NCBI GenBank assembly: GCA_950097015.1
Contig: CATNEN010000038.1
Location: 13,020,001 to 13,084,000, forward strand
Length of the DNA: 64,000 nt
Reading direction: 5' to 3'
Source of the DNA: Macrostomum hystrix
Lineage: Eukaryota > Animalia > Platyhelminthes
The notes below the pieces were generated by a model. That model worked only from the letters and a program-made list of their open reading frames with translations. It was not told the DNA's origin and ran no database searches. The position numbers and the translations under genes are program-made. Position 1 is the first letter of the stretch; the number at the start of each line of letters is the position of its first letter. Positions 12,842-24,764 of the stretch are shown here, piece by piece.

Positions 12842-13508
12842 TGTGACGTTGTCACTTGTTGAAGGCGCCCCTGCAATATTACTCTATGCGTTGATTACAT
12901 GCATAATTTCCTAATTATGTACTAGCTTGGGCCGTTTTAACTCATCGTATAATACCCAATTCTGTTAATTTATATTATTAAGTCAAATTATTAGGGCGCT
13001 ACTGTTAGTAACCATAAACGCATATCGCGCCACTCTAGCTATTTCCTACGCGTATCTTAATGTATTTCCCCCCCCGGCCAATGAGCGTGCGAGCTCTGGT
13101 TGGCCGGAAGTATCGATCGCTATGTTTTTCAGTTAGCCTAGTTTACTTAATCAAGGGCTTCAGGCCCGCTCGCGCTTCACTTTTCGTGCTTCCCTCGCTT
13201 TCTGTCCTGCCTTCCTTCCTTCAGTCCTTCATTCCTTCATGCACTCTTCGCGCCTCACTCTCGCCTTTCTACGTTTTCGTGCTGTGCCATTCTCTCACTA
13301 CACTCCACTACATTCGGTTCTGTTCGTGTCCAACAATCACCATTAACGAGCTCCTACGCCTTACATAACGCCCCGCTTGTCGACGTCCCAGTGCACCCAG
13401 AATAAAAGTGCTACCGCTACATCACAGACCTTACTGACTCTGAATTGCCGAACTTACAATTGCCGCTGCTCTGACTTCGACTTCGTCCTTTGCGTTTAAA
13501 TCGTCACA
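12842..13508 (+). mobile_element. Solo LTR (667 bp)
   Basis: TGTGACG...CGTCACA termini; 5-bp TSD TGCAT (12837-12841, 13509-13513); AATAAA at 13401; empty site in the right TIR copy. Confidence 0.92.
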
Positions 13509-14036
13509 TGCATTATTAAGTAAAATACCGATTGTTAGTTGTCATATTATTATACAGAGTTTTTATGAATTATTCCTTTTGTTGATTGTAGTGGCTGTCC
13601 AGTTGTTTTAGAATATTTACAACTGTATTTACCATATTGCCATGTTGTTTTTGGCCCCGTCTTATTAAAAAAAGATAACATATGCCTATTGTTGCTAATG
13701 CTAATTGGCCATGAGCGACTAGGCCTAAATTATATTAACAGTATAATAGAGGAAACATGTAATAGGCCTACTTTCTCTGGTAAAGTGATAATTTTTTATT
13801 TTAATTTTCACTTTTAGTTCACTTCATAAAAATACTCTAGTGGAAATTTAGCCAGACTAAAAATTAAAAAAACTATAAAAAGCTCGCATTTTTTCTCACT
13901 GCTCTAAGTTAATTGGCTTCACTATTAGAGTTTCTACTTTTACTTGACTAAGCTACTGTCTAAATTTAAATTACCTAGTTTAATAATATTATTATTATTG
14001 CCCAATCATGAACATGATTCATAGTAGCTAATGCTA

Positions 14037-14231
14037 GATATGGCAGTGGATCTGGTAGTTAATGTCGCAGTGGATGTGGCAGAGAATGTGGCAGTGGATC
14101 TGGTAGTGGATCTGGTAGTGGATGTGGCAGTGGATCTGGTAGTTGACGTGGCAGTGGATCTGGTAGTTTATGTGGCAGTGGATCTGGCAGTGGATCTGGT
14201 AGTTGATGTGGCAGTGGATCTGGTAGTGGAT
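14037..14231. repeat. 12-bp minisatellite (GTGGATCTGGTA / GTGGATGTGGCA)
   Basis: About 16 degenerate tandem units; explains the VDLV/VDVA ORF. Confidence 0.93.
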
Positions 14232-14547
14232 ACTTGTGAAATTTCCCTTCGGAAATGTAATGATTTGTGCACTTCTGCTGTTCTTAATAGTAAACTACTG
14301 CATCACAAGCATTAGGGCCTATACTGTAGCTATTTAATTATCTAGCAATTACTATTTAGCATTTACGCCTTGGTTTGGCACAAGCACTTGCAACTAAAAT
14401 TCTTTGCGCAGCTTTTTTGGCAGTGGACACACAATGTGTTTTAAAGCTCATTATTTAGCTCATAATTCCAAATAATTGCATGGATATATGTTCGTATAAT
14501 ATATACATTGGATCTAAATGTCAATGGCTCTAAATTCATATTTTCAG

Positions 14548-16657
14548 AATCCATGTTTCTTCCTAAATGTCTCAGCAGGATCAGAGTGCCACATTAAGTA
14601 AGTACGAGATGCATATGTATATGCTAATGTGTACCTAAAGTGTAAACTGTATTTTCATTTATATTTTCTTACATTTTTTGCTGCCCTGAACTTTTCACTT
14701 CTAGGTTGGAAAAGTGTTTCTCTTGACGACCTGATCTTGCCTTTTCGAGATAAAAGGCTCGAAGCAGGTACACTTTGTAGGCTCAGCACTTCCTAGCTGG
14801 AGGAGTGTTGACGATACGAGGCTTTTACGGTGGTGTAACTTTCTTGGATTCGATGGAGCTATTGAGCAAAACCGCAAGTGGTTGTACGATCAGCTGCAGA
14901 AGAATAGTCGAGGAATTAGCGATTTCATTTTGACGTCCGGGCAGGAGAACTGCTTGGCCAACCTCGTAAGTTGATGGCAGTTAACAAAGTTTCTAGCCAG
15001 TAAGTAAATTTTCATATTCACGATTTTATACACTTACATGCAACGTTCTCTAACTTCAGACCTCCGAGTAATGTTGAAGAAGTCTCAGATGTTGACTGCG
15101 AGGCAGAACTCAGTGCAACTGGCCCAGTTTTTACCTATAACCACTGAGACTGACTGTGTGCTAGACAACGAGGGACAGATAAAACAACACTGGCAAAATG
15201 AGATTATACCGGGGTTTTCGAGGCAATGTGGCTTTCATTGTTGCCTTCTCTGCGTGGAAAATCGAAAATTACTGAGATCTGGTGAGATCAGGGCGTACCT
15301 TTACTGTCGGAATTCAGATTGCCGGACACGATTTCACCTAACGTCGGATGCTGTACGAATTCACTGGACTCTGCAAGTGCCTTTCAGCAATTCCTGATCA
15401 CGAAGTTATTAGTCGCCCAGTCCGGGGCCCAAGACGAAAGGAAATTGCTACGGCTGTCCGTCAGTCCTAACGCTTATAAAGTGACAGCTGGCTTAGCGAC
15501 TGACGGTAGTCACCGCTGAAAACTTTTCGGCGAATGCAGCCCGCATCATGGCCAGTCGCGACCGACAACTGGAAGGCTCCTCGGGTCGCAATATTTTTGA
15601 AGAGCTGACGAATGCCCGAGAGGATTTTCCAACCAGCGTACATTCGGCTTGTCGGTACTCGGTTTGGAACGGATGAGGCTCCAGTACGGTAGCGGCCTGG
15701 CTAGAGCGCGCAACTGAAGTCCTTCGAATACTGCATAGTCGACGCCAGGAGATCGTTGTTGGCTTGGACTCAACTGCGCCACCAATTCGACGTTTGGCGA
15801 ACAGTCAAGAGAAGACACTGTATTATCACGCATGTCGTTCTTCGCCACCCCCATCCGGGCAGTGCCCCTATCGCAGTTTTGGAGATCCTTACCTCATGCC
15901 AGACAGGGGCCCTGCTCAAGTATATCATTGAGACATGGTTCAGTGAGGTCAAGCGCGCTATTCCAGGAATCAAGATTAAAGCCGCTGTCACTGACTACAA
16001 TATACCGTCCATCCGTGCGCTGTTGAACTGCCTGCATGGAATGGACATCCTGCCCTATCTCCGATACTGCATGGCAGCATTGGCAAGGACCATGCCTACA
16101 GCAGAACTGCGTCAGGTTCAACAGTTGTCTTGTTAGGTAGAAGCCATCTAATGCATGAATTCTGCACATGGCCGGAGGTAGCTTCATGTGCACTAAAAAG
16201 CTACCAAGATGCTCTGGAAGCACGCATTTGGAGCATTGATCATTGAGCACCACTTTAGACCAGGCTGAAACCATCTTGCGCGCCTTTCTAACCGTCCTGC
16301 TTGCACCTAGCCTAGATGACGCTTCGTGTTGCTCTTGCAGATGGCAACCTTGATGCGCCGCTGGCCGTAATTCGTGACTTCATCTCGGGTGATCAGCCTA
16401 TCGAAGAGACTGAGCCCCAGCTCCCCAACGAGCCAAGCTTTCAGCGCCCAGACAAGACCCTAATGAGAGCATCTCCGTTTTGGCAGTGGGGTCAAGAGAT
16501 CTTTTCTCAAATACAAAGCTCCTTGGATGCAGCCGACGATGATGGCGGACCAAATCCATACTTCTGCCCGGCGTTGGCAAAGAAGCTGCTAAATATTGTC
16601 ATACCCTTTCTGCCAATGGCAACGAGTGTTTTAATAAAACCCCTTCTACGCCAGTGA
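14548..16657 (+). pseudogene. MULE-NOF-type transposase pseudogene (intron-containing, frameshifted, 3'-truncated)
   Basis: Motifs GLDST...LYYH/VVLRHP..APIAVLEILTS..Q, AAVTDYNIPSIRALL..YL..C and NPYFCP...IPFLPMATSVL resemble FB-NOF/Rehavkus transposases as I remember them. Multiple stops and frameshifts. Confidence 0.75.
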
Positions 16658-16685
16658 TGGGACGTTTTTTCCTGTTTCTAGAGAG

Positions 16686-16850
16686 GCGCCGGGTCAAGAC
16701 GGAGTGTTCCCGGTGATTCTGCAAAACCTCCCGTCGATCGGTTATGTCGCCCTGCTCAACCGGAGCTGGTTGGAGGGCAAGGTTCCATCGGGCTGGCGTA
16801 CGGCCATCATCATGCCTATTGCCAAGAAGGGCAAGCCCAAGAGCTTCAGA
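16686..16850 (+). mobile_element. LINE RT N-terminal fragment
   Basis: APGQDGVFP...LLNRSWLEGKVPSGWRTAIIMPIAKKGKPKSFR matches non-LTR RT domains 0-1. Confidence 0.85.
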
Positions 16851-19727
16851 AACGGCGGTGGGGAGTACATCATCCGGCGACAGGCAATCGGCCCCAACGT
16901 TAAGGGCAGCATCCCGACCGGACGGTGGACCAGCTCGACCACATCAGATGCGGCGGCGGCGGGGCTCGAGGCCGCGGTCTCCTTCGGGGGAAGCCGAGCT
17001 CGGCGATCTGGCTGCTGTTCGACTCACGATCCCTGTTCCAGCGACTGCAGTCCTTGACCAAGTGCCTGCAAAACCACGCGCCTGCACAGTCAAGGACGCC
17101 TACCCGCGGCCGCATCTGCAGCAAGCCATGGACGCACTGGTCGGCTGTTCGTGGTTCTCTACCATCGATTGCCGGCAGGGTTATCACCAGGTGGAGGTGG
17201 CGGAGGAAGACCGGCCAAAGACTGCCTTCTACTCCACCCGCGGCCTGATGCAGTTCCGCAAGATGGGCTTCGGGATGTGCAACGCCCCATCGACATTTCA
17301 GCGCCTTATGGAGCTCGTCATGTCCGGCTTGTCCTGGGAGGTGGTGCTGACCTACATCGACGACATCATCGTCTTCAGCAGAACCTTCAACGAGCATCTG
17401 GTGCGGCTAGCGCAGGCCCTTCAGCGGCTTCGAGGCGCCAGGCTCAAGCTGCACAGGGCGAAGAGTGTCTTCGGCCACCGCCAGGTGCTGTACCTGGGGC
17501 ACCTAGTTAGCGAGCAGGGCATCGCGCCAGACCCGAGCAAGTGGAGGCCATCCGCAGCATGTCCAGCCCGACGATCGCAGAGGAGGTGAAGCGGTTCCTC
17601 GGCATGCTGGGCTTCTGTCGCCGCTTCATCCAGGACTTCAGCCAGACTGCGAGGGTGCTGCACGACGTCAGCCAGACAGCGAGAGACTTCAGATGGAGCA
17701 ACGGCTGCGAGCGGGCGTTCAACCAGCTAAAGGACAAGTTGACAACTGCCCCGGTGCTGCGGCTGCCCGACTTCAGCAAGCAGTTCGTTTTGAGCTGCGA
17801 CAGCAGCCAGTTCGCTGTGGGCGCCGTGCTCAGCCAGCTGCACGGGGACGCTGAGCTGCCTGTGGCTTTCGCATCGCGCACACTCAACAAGGCGGAGCGA
17901 AATTACTCGGCGACAGACCGGGAGCTGCTGGCGCTGGTGTGGAGCCTGAAGCACTTCAGAACTTACTTGCTCAGTGTTCCTAGCTTCACAGTCTACTCCG
18001 AACATCGGCCGCTTCAGGGACTGCTGGCGACCAAGGACCCGGAAGGCAGGCTGGCACGGTGGCTGTCTACGCTGCAGCAGTTCTCCTTCTCGCTGGTGTA
18101 CCGGCCAGGCCGGGAGAACGTGGTGCCGGATGCACTAAGCCGGGTGGCCGGCACGCGCCTGCAGCCCTGCTGGGAGGCCGCCCGCCTGCATGAGGAGCAG
18201 CGGCAGGACCCACTGCTGAGCAAGGCGTTCCATGCGCTGGCGACAGGAATGTCTGGCTGAATGTGGCTGAATCTGTCTGGGACCTGGGCGCGCAGGTTCG
18301 CGAGTTGCTGGACGGGGCATCAGTAAGTGCGGCGGGCGTCCTGCAGTTCCACAGCAAGCCGGTCATTCCGAGCCACCTGCGGCCGCACTTCCTGCAGGAG
18401 GCGCATTCCAGCGACCAGAGCGGCCACCTCGGTGTTGACAGGACGGTGGCGAGGCTGGCGGAGCGCTGCTGGTGGCCGGGCCTGCGGCGGGACGCGGAGA
18501 ACTGGGTGGCGAGCTGCGCCACCTGCCTAACTAAAAATAGTCCGACCAGGCCGCAGCGGGCACCGCTGCATACGACGGGCCAGCCGACAGCGCCTTGGCA
18601 GCAGGTGCAGATCGACATTAAAGGTCCGCTGCCGCGCCCGACAGACGGCAACGCCTACATCCTCAGCATGTGCGACACCTTCTCAAAGTGGATGGAGACA
18701 TCGGCGCTGGCGACGATCGACGCCGTGACGGTGGCAGATGCGCTGCTCAGAGCCGTTGTGCTGCGGCACGGCGCCCCACAAGTGCTGCACAGCAACCAGG
18801 GCCGGCAGTTTGAGAGCGACGTCTTCGTCCGGCTCTGCGAACAGCTGGGCATCGAGAAAACTCGCTCATCGCCATTCTACCCAAGCGGCAACGGCGTCGT
18901 GGAGCGCGGCAACCGGACACTGGGCGACATGCTGGCGACGGTCGTGTCGGAGAGCCAGCAGGACTGGGACCGGAAGCTGCACTACGTCACCTGGGCCTAC
19001 TACACCTCCGTGCACAGCACCACCGGCCTCAGCCCGTACCAGGTCCTGCACTGCTGGCCGCCGCGGCTGGCGCTCGACAGCTGGCGGTGGACGTCGACAA
19101 GGTGACGAGCGGCAGCCCAAACGACTTTCTGCAGCAGACGCAAGTGAACCTGCAGGGTGCCTTTGACGCGGACGCCCATGCGGCGCGCAACCAGCGAGTC
19201 AACCAGGGTGCCAGATTCGTGCCGTTTGAAGAGGGCCAGCTGGTAATGCTGCGCAACTCCGTCGTCAATCGCGGCCAGACGTGGTGCCTCAGCGACAAAT
19301 GGAAGGGGCCGTATTGGATCCTGCGGCACCTGGGCGAGGTGAACTACCGCATCCAGGACCAGGCACGCCGCCGGCGCAAGCTGGTGGTGCGACCGCCCAG
19401 CCCAGCGGCTGACCCGGGTGGCAATGCGGTGGTCCGCTGGCCGGAACCGGACCAGCACGTGCAGCCGGCCCAGGCTCTCCGACGCTCTGCGAGAGAACGC
19501 CGGCCTCCTGACTTTTACATGGCCGGCTTTGCTTGACTGAACTGCTTCTAGGCGGAAAGTAGTGTAAGCAGCTTAGAGTTCGCGGCCCGCAGTGTACACG
19601 CTGCGTGTGTGTTTGCGTGGCGTGATTGGGAGGTGGGTACGACCACCCCAGTGCAGTGTTGCTGCCAAATATGATATTGCTAGCGAGCGTAGTATGTACA
19701 TGCTACTTGACAAACCAGCGTCTTACA
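16851..19727 (+). mobile_element. 5'-truncated, inactive Ty3/Gypsy retrotransposon (RT-RNaseH-integrase, PPT, 3' LTR)
   Basis: KDAYP...GYHQ...KTAF...YIDD; RNase H (CDSS, ERNYS.TDRELLA); integrase HHCC, IDIKGP, VER.NRT, WKGPY; frameshifts and D->N in HSNQG; purine tract then a 165-bp LTR TGTAAG...CTTACA (19563-19727). Confidence 0.95.
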
Positions 19728-19740
19728 ACAACAAAAATAA

Positions 19741-21920
19741 TATTAAACTAGGTAATTTAAATTTAGCCAGTAGCTTAGTCAAGTAAAAGTAGAAACTCTA
19801 ATAGTGAAGCCAATTAACTTAGAGCAGTGAGAAAGGAAAAATGCGAGCTTTTGAAAGTTTTTTTAGTTTTAGTCTGGCTAAATTTCCACTAGAGTATTTT
19901 AATGAAGTGAACTAAAAGTGAAAATTATAATAAAAAATTATCGCTTTACCAGAGAAAAGTATTACATGTTTCCTGTATTATACTGTTAATATAATTTAGG
20001 CCTAGTCGCTCATGGCCAATTAGCATTAGCAACAATCCTTTTTATCCTTTTTTAATAAGACGGGGCCGAAAACAACATGGCAATATGGTAAATACAGTTG
20101 TAAATATTGTAATACAACTGGACAGCCACTACAATCAACAAAAGGGAATAATTAATAAAAAATCTGCATAATAATATGACAACTAACAATCGGTATTTTA
20201 CTTAATAATGCACATTTCTTATTAATTGGCCTACTGGACTATTACTGCAATCGAGACTAGCCAATTATACAACATTTTTTTGCCGCGCAAGAAATGCAAC
20301 TACGAGTATAAGTAAGCCCGTTTAAATTAAAATACGTCTACATTTATATAAAGAATCATTAAGGACTCAAACAAACAATTCTTATTATAATTACGATATT
20401 CGTATAATAGACATGATATAAGGTATTAGTACGTTTTAAATTGAAAAACTGCTTTCACAGTTAGCATGTGACATCAATTTAATAACATTTATATTTCATT
20501 GCATCCAGTTTAGTACATGCATACATAGGAGAAAATAATAATTAAAATGAACTAAATAATTCAGGCAATTATGTATTATAAATCTTTATCTTCAAGTCAA
20601 ACCAAACTGGAAATCGTGGTCATGCTTTGCGTCATGGCAACACAATAAACTAAAACAAGTGTTATACAAGAATGCAAGAAAATTATTTGTTTTATAATTT
20701 AAATGCGCAGAAATTAATTTGTAATCAAGTTAAATGAAAAATGTACAGCTGATTTTAACAGATTTATCTTTAGTCTTTCCGGACTTTTAAAAACAAATTG
20801 CTGCCGATGAAGCTCGTTATTGCCTACATTACAAAATGTTCAGAAATATGATAATAAAAGCTGGCGAAAAAGTGAATGCAATAAAAATCCATCAATTAAG
20901 CCTCGCTTTTCATATTTTTAAAACGGCGAAACTATCGACTACTGTTTTGGTCATTGGCGAAAAGAAAGTATGATTTGTCGTTAAAATATACACATTTTGC
21001 TTGGCCCAGAAAATTTATCTTGCAAAAGAAATTGATAAAAAATAGGTTTTATATGTATACAGTTGTGTTCTACCAGAATTTTAAAACGGCGAAAGCTTTC
21101 GTATAAATCTTTTATCGTAGGGGCTTATAAACCGCTCATAAACCCGTTATAAGCCGAAGTTGATTTTTTGAACGACCAGACCAAGTTATAATTGTAACAA
21201 AGCTGCTTGAAACACTTAGTGGCGAATAAGAGTTACATCAAGATCTATTAGAAATGTTGTTTTCCATTTGTGGCGAACGAGTTTTAAAAAAGTGGGTTTA
21301 TATAGCGAGTCGCTAGTGAAACGTGAGTAACGCAAAAGGGTATATTGTAACAAGTAAAAGTAGTTCGCCTGGAGCTGTGGTAGCTAGCGCGTTACTTGGC
21401 GAGCTAAGGGGTATTTCAGGCACACACATTAACAATGTAAAATGATGTGCTATATATTTACTACAGTTCTCTGGGCACAAATGCGAGTGTAATTTTAAAA
21501 GGCTCGAAATTTCCGGTCTTAAAGACAACATGCGAAAACACAACACGAGTTAATAAACTGCAAGAAATAAATTAACTGATAAACTTAATTGCATAAAAAC
21601 CTAGCAAAGTAATTAGCAATCAAACTTATTAGGTTAAAATCATATATTATAGACGCATTCAGTCGAATCAATTATTGCTTCGATATTTATTAGTTTCCAT
21701 TTTGCTGAAACAATTTGTTCTAATCAGAACTGATTCTATAGTGCGCATACAAGCTGAATGTTGATCTTAAATATATTTTCATCTCTAACACGTGATGAGT
21801 GTCTTGATCAGAGCCTGAAGAGTGGAACTTTATTCCGAATGTGAAAAAAGCGAAAAAAAAGTCTGAAATGGCCCCCCAAAAATTCATTTGTCTGACATAT
21901 CATGTGCCAATTCGAATTCA
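19741..21920. repeat. Right TIR of the foldback element (contiguous ~2.18 kb)
   Basis: Reverse complement of 3069-4540 plus 12586-13985. Confidence 0.95.
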
Positions 21921-22176
21921 CCTCGGACCAAACCCATCCATGGACGATGTTTGCAGATCCGAGAACATCCCGCGGCTCGTCCGGTTCCTAAGGGCTACCA
22001 GACGAGCCTCTTTCTTCCCCAGCGAGGAACAAGCTGCAGGAAGGACCGAACACGGACCTCCCTGACTGGCCCCGCGCCATCGGCCGATTGCGGGTCTTTC
22101 AGGGATTAGCGGAATGGGCGACTCCCGCCTCCCCGCTGCGTCCGTCGGACCGCCCTGCAGATAAGTCAAGTAAGTC
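21919..22176 (+). mobile_element. LINE 3' end (I/Nimb-like) with AAGT(C) tail
   Basis: ORF end ...RLVRFLRAT..., GC-rich 3' UTR, tail AAGTCAAGTAAGTC. Confidence 0.55.
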
Positions 22177-22498
22177 AGATCTATTAGAAAAGTTGTTTTC
22201 CATTTGTGGCGAACGAGTTTTAAAAAAGTGGGTTTATAGCGAGTCGCTAGTGAAACGTGAGTTTTTGCGTTCTTTTTGGGCTTTCTTGCGAGCCATTTGG
22301 GCAGCGCAGGCAGTGGTGAGCGAGACGAAAGCAGGCACTCTGTGCCATAGACAAAGATTGCATTTGCTTCGGAATTCGGCAACCAATTTGGGCCCCTTTG
22401 CGCGCAATTTTGGCCAGTGGTGGCAGTCAGAGATAAAAAACAGGGGCAGCAGTCATAGAAGTCACAACAGTCTGCAACATAAGCATACTCTGAACGCG

Positions 22499-24468
22499 AT
22501 GCCGCCTCGCGGTCATTACTCGCGCATATCGGCTGTTGACAGACAGAGGCTGATTGCAGCCTACCAGAATGATGCCGACTGGCGACACCTAGCGCGCATG
22601 CTTGGCATCAAGCGCCAGACAGCAGCCAACATCGTCTGCAATTTTATTGCGCATGACCGAGCAGCCCCACTTCCAAAGGGTGGCGACAAGAGGCGTCGAC
22701 TGACGGAAGGAATGATTGAGGAGATCGTCGACTTCCTGGGATCGCGCCCGACAGCGACGCTGAATCAGATGCAGCTGCGCCTACAGCAGAGTTTTCCCGA
22801 CGTCGCCATTATATCGCAATCGGCCATCAGTCGGGCGTTGGATGGTCGTCTCGTCACGCTAAAGTTGGCAAGGGTTATAAGACTTAGAAATCTGAAAAGA
22901 ACTCGAGAGAAAACTTTCGCCTAGAGGTCAAGCAACTTTCGCCTAGAGGTCAAGCAACTAAGAATAGATAGATTAGATAAATATACTCGCCCCGAGTTTT
23001 CACTTTCATTTCAGCGCAACACGGCCCGGTCCAACTCAACCTGGTATGGTCCGATACGACACGGCCCGGCCTAATCTGACCCGATCCTGCCCGACGTAGG
23101 TCCAACGTGACATGGACCCGACCGGACTCACCCGACCTGGCACGGCCTGACGCGACCTGGCCCGGCCATGCCTACAACATCGGAGCCTGCCTGAGCCCTA
23201 TCTGGAGATGAGACCTGGAAGAGGCCGGGACCGCCCAAGAAGACCTGGAGCGACGGAGGGACAGTGACAAACAAACACTAGATAAAGGGGATTCCATAGA
23301 AACGGGCAATCTTCTAACTCAACTAACGCTTTTAGGCCTTTGACCCGCCCTCCATAGGACAGGGGTTGGCGTGCCTGCCAACCAAGTATTCTAATGTTTT
23401 GTGCTGATTTGGAATCGGGGCTGCGACCCCACTCGACCCATTATCACCAAGCGCTCTGATTGATAAAGTTTTATCACCCTCCCAAGGGAGGGATTTTCAA
23501 ACAATATATAAATCGAAGCGGAGCGCGGGAAAAAGGACCGCCGCTGATTTTATAATAGTTAGAGAGTCATCTCTGCGTTCTATTAAGTTAGCAATTTAAT
23601 ACAATTTACTGCGTTTGAGTTCTAGCTTCATTGACTTCAGAGAGAGGAATCCGAGAGATCGATCAGCCGTAATACTGAGAACGATAGTCGTTAGGAAGTA
23701 TAGCCTTTAAGACAAGAGACTGCAACAGACCGCTAGACTACATTGACACGAGAGAGACAACAAAAACTTGAAGCGCTATAAGGGTCAATCCGGTAGAGTG
23801 GAACGAGCCCGTGACTAAGGAGGCTCGGCGAATGCATGCAGAACGGATGCTGACTGAGGGAGTGCAGCAGCATACGATCTGGCTCGACGAGTTCGGCGTC
23901 AACTTGTGGACGTCACGCAGCCAAGGTTGGGCGCGGCGCGGACAGCGAGCTGTGTCAGTTGTGAATGGCCAACGCGGTCAGAATCTGACAATCTGCTTGG
24001 CAATCTCGTCTGTGCACGGCCTCGTGCACTACACGACAGTTGTCGGCGGCTTCAAGAACGAGAATTTTGTAGCTGAATTTTGTCTGAATTAGACGAGCTA
24101 TTGGATGAAGAGTTTGTCCTTCTCACGGACGGTGCCAGCGCTCACACAAACGTGCCAGGAATGCGTGAAGGACACAATCATCGTTTTCTACCGCCATACT
24201 CGCTTTTCCTGAACACAGCTGAGCGAGCTGGCTCCTGCCTGAAAGCTGCTCTGAAGCGCAGCTTGTCACAACCGGACATTCAGCGCCAAGCCGGTAACCG
24301 AGGCGCAGCAGCCGCAGCGGGAAGCACGCTACATCAGCAACGACTGCGGATTCTGCAGCAACTGATCGACACGGCTGTATTCGAGATCACACCATTCAAG
24401 CGTCGACAGTGATCCACAGTCTGACCTACATGCAGCGTTGCCTCGAGGCAGCTGACATTAACGAGTGA
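22499..24468 (+). pseudogene. IS630/Tc1-like transposase, disrupted by a 905-bp insert and frameshifts
   Basis: HTH region (DRQRLI...LARMLGIKRQTA), WLDEFG, LLTDGASAH, FLPPYSLFLNTAE; removing the insert restores KLARV-NPVEWN. Confidence 0.9.
22876..23780 (+). mobile_element. Solo-LTR-like insertion (905 bp)
   Basis: TSD AGGGT (22871-22875, 23781-23785); TATA...TATA termini; internal TATATAAA; non-coding. Confidence 0.75.
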
Positions 24469-24724
24469 CGTTTTGACATCAGCATGTTGACTCCTTTTCA
24501 GTCAGTCTGATTGTTTTCCCAAGTTAACATTTTTCCTATTGGTGCTTTCACCTCTTTGTCTGTTTGTCTGTATGGCTCATGTTCTTCTGCGTTCATAGCG
24601 TAGCTTTTAAATGGCCGAAATTGCTCGCAAAGGGGCCCAAATTGGTTGCTGAATTCAGAAGCAAATGCAATCTTTGTCTATGGCACAGAGTGCCTGCTTT
24701 CGTCTCGCTCACCACTGCCTGCGC

Positions 24725-24764
24725 CACAGATTCTATATTACCTATAGGTAATATAGAATCTGTG
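24725..24764. mobile_element. 40-bp perfect palindromic insertion with 8-bp TSD
   Basis: CACAGATTCTATATTACCTA|TAGGTAATATAGAATCTGTG flanked by GCCTGCGC twice; absent from the left TIR. Confidence 0.93.

Larger units (their letters stand above)
3069..21920 (+). mobile_element. Large foldback DNA transposon, MULE-NOF (FB-NOF/Rehavkus)-like, with ~2.2 kb TIRs and nested insertions
   Basis: 3069-4540 is the reverse complement of 20452-21920; 12586-13985 (minus the solo LTR) is the reverse complement of 19741-20455; NOF-like transposase relic inside. No TSD visible. Confidence 0.85.

Noticed and set aside
14031-14315. VDLV-repeat protein; likewise the QKPFL/TETIP ORFs at 62621-63056
   Set aside because: Translations of minisatellites.
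3069-21920. Polinton/Maverick (size and long TIRs)
   Set aside because: No pPolB, ATPase or capsid; the integrase belongs to a Gypsy pol; no 6-bp TSD or AG-repeat ends.
22088-22498. N-terminal extension of the Tc1 transposase
   Set aside because: It runs through the LINE tail, orphan TIR and TIR from a non-ATG start; the real start is ATG 22499.
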